NCBI GenBank assembly: GCA_963924565.1
Contig: OZ004608.1
Location: 11,532,001-11,596,000 of the forward strand
Direction: 5' to 3'
Origin: Ascidiella aspersa
Taxonomy: Eukaryota
DNA length: 64,000 nucleotides
Part shown: positions 62,050 through 64,000 of the stretch, one piece after another
Layout of the letters: each line of letters opens with the position of its first letter
Position numbering within the stretch: position 1 is the first letter of the stretch
Made by a program: the position numbers and the translations under genes
Notes under the pieces: generated by a model
What the model was told of the DNA's origin: nothing
What the model saw: only the letters and a program-made list of their open reading frames with translations
Database searches by the model: none

Positions 62050-62880
62050 GTTGCAATTTATTAAATTTACCTATCAATGCAAACATAAATTCATATTTAG
62101 TTAACTACAAGTTGCCAAAGATTATGGTTAAAGCAATATGTTATATATTGCCTGGTAACGGCATATTACTTTTACTGTAATACATCACTTCTTCAAACAC
62201 TGCTGTAGTTGCTTCGGCAAACCAGTCTCTTTATTTGTTTTTTAATTTGTATTACCCAGCGTTCCAAACTTTTAACACCTATTCTGTTCTGACAACTTGA
62301 TGAAAATCATAAATCCCATACGCCTGATGGAAGGGCAAATTTACACAATTTACAATAACATTTGATAAAATCAAATAAGATTTTAGATTTAATAATTAAT
62401 GGAAACGAATACAATATTTCAGCCGGTCGTATTTATTTTTTTGTAAACGTTATTTTATCTATAACAACAAAAATATTATCCTTCAAATTTATATGATTTT
62501 GTTCATGTCTTGATTGACATGACCCAACAAGGTGAAGGCTTCTTCGCTACAGCAAAAAATTGTTAGGTTTCTACATATTTTTGGATTTTATGCACACAAA
62601 CGTGTTATATACTTTTATGGCCAAAGAGATTTTATTGTCTGAAATTTAGAGTCGAAATTGTATGATTATGTCATGTTTACTAAAGTTTAATGGGTGATCA
62701 GGTAAATGCACCTTAATTGTTCTTGTCATCTTGACAGACCATGGACCAAAAAAGGTTTATATTTACGAAAAATTAATAAACCATTTACTGCTTATTCAAC
62801 AGATTACATCCACCACATTTTAAGGACAATTTTAATCCATCCCAATTTGAGGATTCCGTTGCACATATGGTTTGCTAAGG

Positions 62881-63325
62881 CAGGGGTCGGCAACCTTTTT
62901 TGCACTGCGGGGACTGGTTTAAAACTAAAATTTTGTCGCGGACCGGCCTTGAAAAAACAACAAATGTTCAGGAAAGGAAATTTATTACAACTTTCAATGC
63001 GAACTTTATGCATGTTTTGCCGCAAAGAGATGCTCCCATCTAAGAATTATTGAACTTACTGAAACCCGCGAGCGGCATCCGGCCAGCAAAACAATTTAGT
63101 TTAACCCAGCCCGCGGCTTATCTCAAAACTTTTAGGCCTTTACGTTTTTTTCTTAAATCACACTGGTATAACCGTATAACATAAATACCAATTCCTATAT
63201 TATTACCAGCTTCTCAAAATAAGGATATTTAAGTTCGTGTTTTAACAAAATTTTAATCTTACAACCCTGCTACGGACCGGTAACCAACTGGTACCGGTCC
63301 GCGGACCGGCGTTTGCCGACCACGG
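62881..63325. mobile_element. hAT-type MITE
   Basis: Termini CAGGGGTCGGCAA / TTGCCGACCACGG, GCGGACCGG subterminal repeats, exact TSD TGCTAAGG. Confidence 0.88.
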
Positions 63326-63353
63326 TGCTAAGGTATTTGTTGTTAGAACGAAA

Positions 63354-63757
63354 AGGGGCGGATCCAGAGTGGAACCAAGCTATGCCCCCAAACTATGCTT
63401 TTTGCCAGTTTTTGCAAAGAGGCGTTACAGACTACACACTTTTTTGCATCTTTGCAAACATGGAAGTAAGAGCACCAAGAATAACACAAGGATAGCAAAA
63501 GGACCTTGCGGTCATCGAGTCGTTGCCTATCATTGACATGTTGCACCGTGTGACCTAGCTATAGGCTCTAAAAAAATAAATTTCCAATTCCGTTTTTTTC
63601 GAGCAATATGCGAATCTTATTAATGTGCCCAATGCGTCACGTGTCTTTTTATATTAAAAGTTTAGTCAATTTTTTTCGCTCGATTAGACCGGATTTTAGC
63701 TGAGTTTGTGCACGAGCTTTTCCGACCCCCCAAACAAAAATCCTGGATCCAGCCATG
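63354..63757. mobile_element. Possible PIF/Harbinger-type MITE
   Basis: Imperfect TIRs AGGGGCGGATCCAG / CTGGATCCAGCCATG. No clear TSD. Confidence 0.4.
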
Positions 63758-64000
63758 ATATCGAGTCACAGTAGCTAAAAAGATGATATAGGCCTACTGA
63801 CAGAGGATAACATATGGTTTGATGCGGTGACCTCGTACTACTCGCGCTTATTAGTTGGGCAAAAATGTAACATTTCTCAAATTTGGACTGTATTGCGAAT
63901 TTAAGCACGTGGCGGATACAGTGTTTTATTTTATACATTAAGTTAACAACGTTTTTTGTCAAAAGTTCATAGAATTTTTAAAATATAACATAATTTTGTC

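Overview
Eukaryotic, AT-rich, gene-dense metazoan DNA with GT-AG introns. It is most consistent with an ascidian/tunicate-type genome (inference from compact spacing, operon-like same-strand genes, mosaic CpG depletion and many hAT-type MITEs). I reconstructed 10 protein-coding genes by hand: the 3' end of a TBK1/IKKe-like kinase (+), KCMF1 (+, 8 coding exons), STRIP1 (-, 17 exons), intronless UBE4B (+), intronless GATC (+), a STYXL1-like rhodanese+DSP phosphatase (+, 7 exons), POLR2E (+, 4 exons), a small secreted NIDO + Cys-module protein (-, 7 exons), intronless KLHL18 (+) and an extended intronless UQCRB (-). About nine non-autonomous DNA elements are present, several with exact 8-bp target-site duplications. 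Most notable: (1) a candidate UBE4B-GATC-STYXL1-like operon resolved at unpaired splice acceptors; (2) a STYXL1/MK-STYX-like protein that keeps an intact HCx5R catalytic motif and has an N-myristoylation signal; (3) two large ORF-bearing cryptic exons in KCMF1 intron 6 that could give zinc-finger-less isoforms; (4) sharp CpG/GC3 switches inside genes, suggesting methylation-domain borders; (5) inverted MITE copies and a dead duplicated splice junction around a TBK1 exon. No prokaryote-type system (CRISPR etc.) is present. Family calls come from recalled motifs, not database searches.
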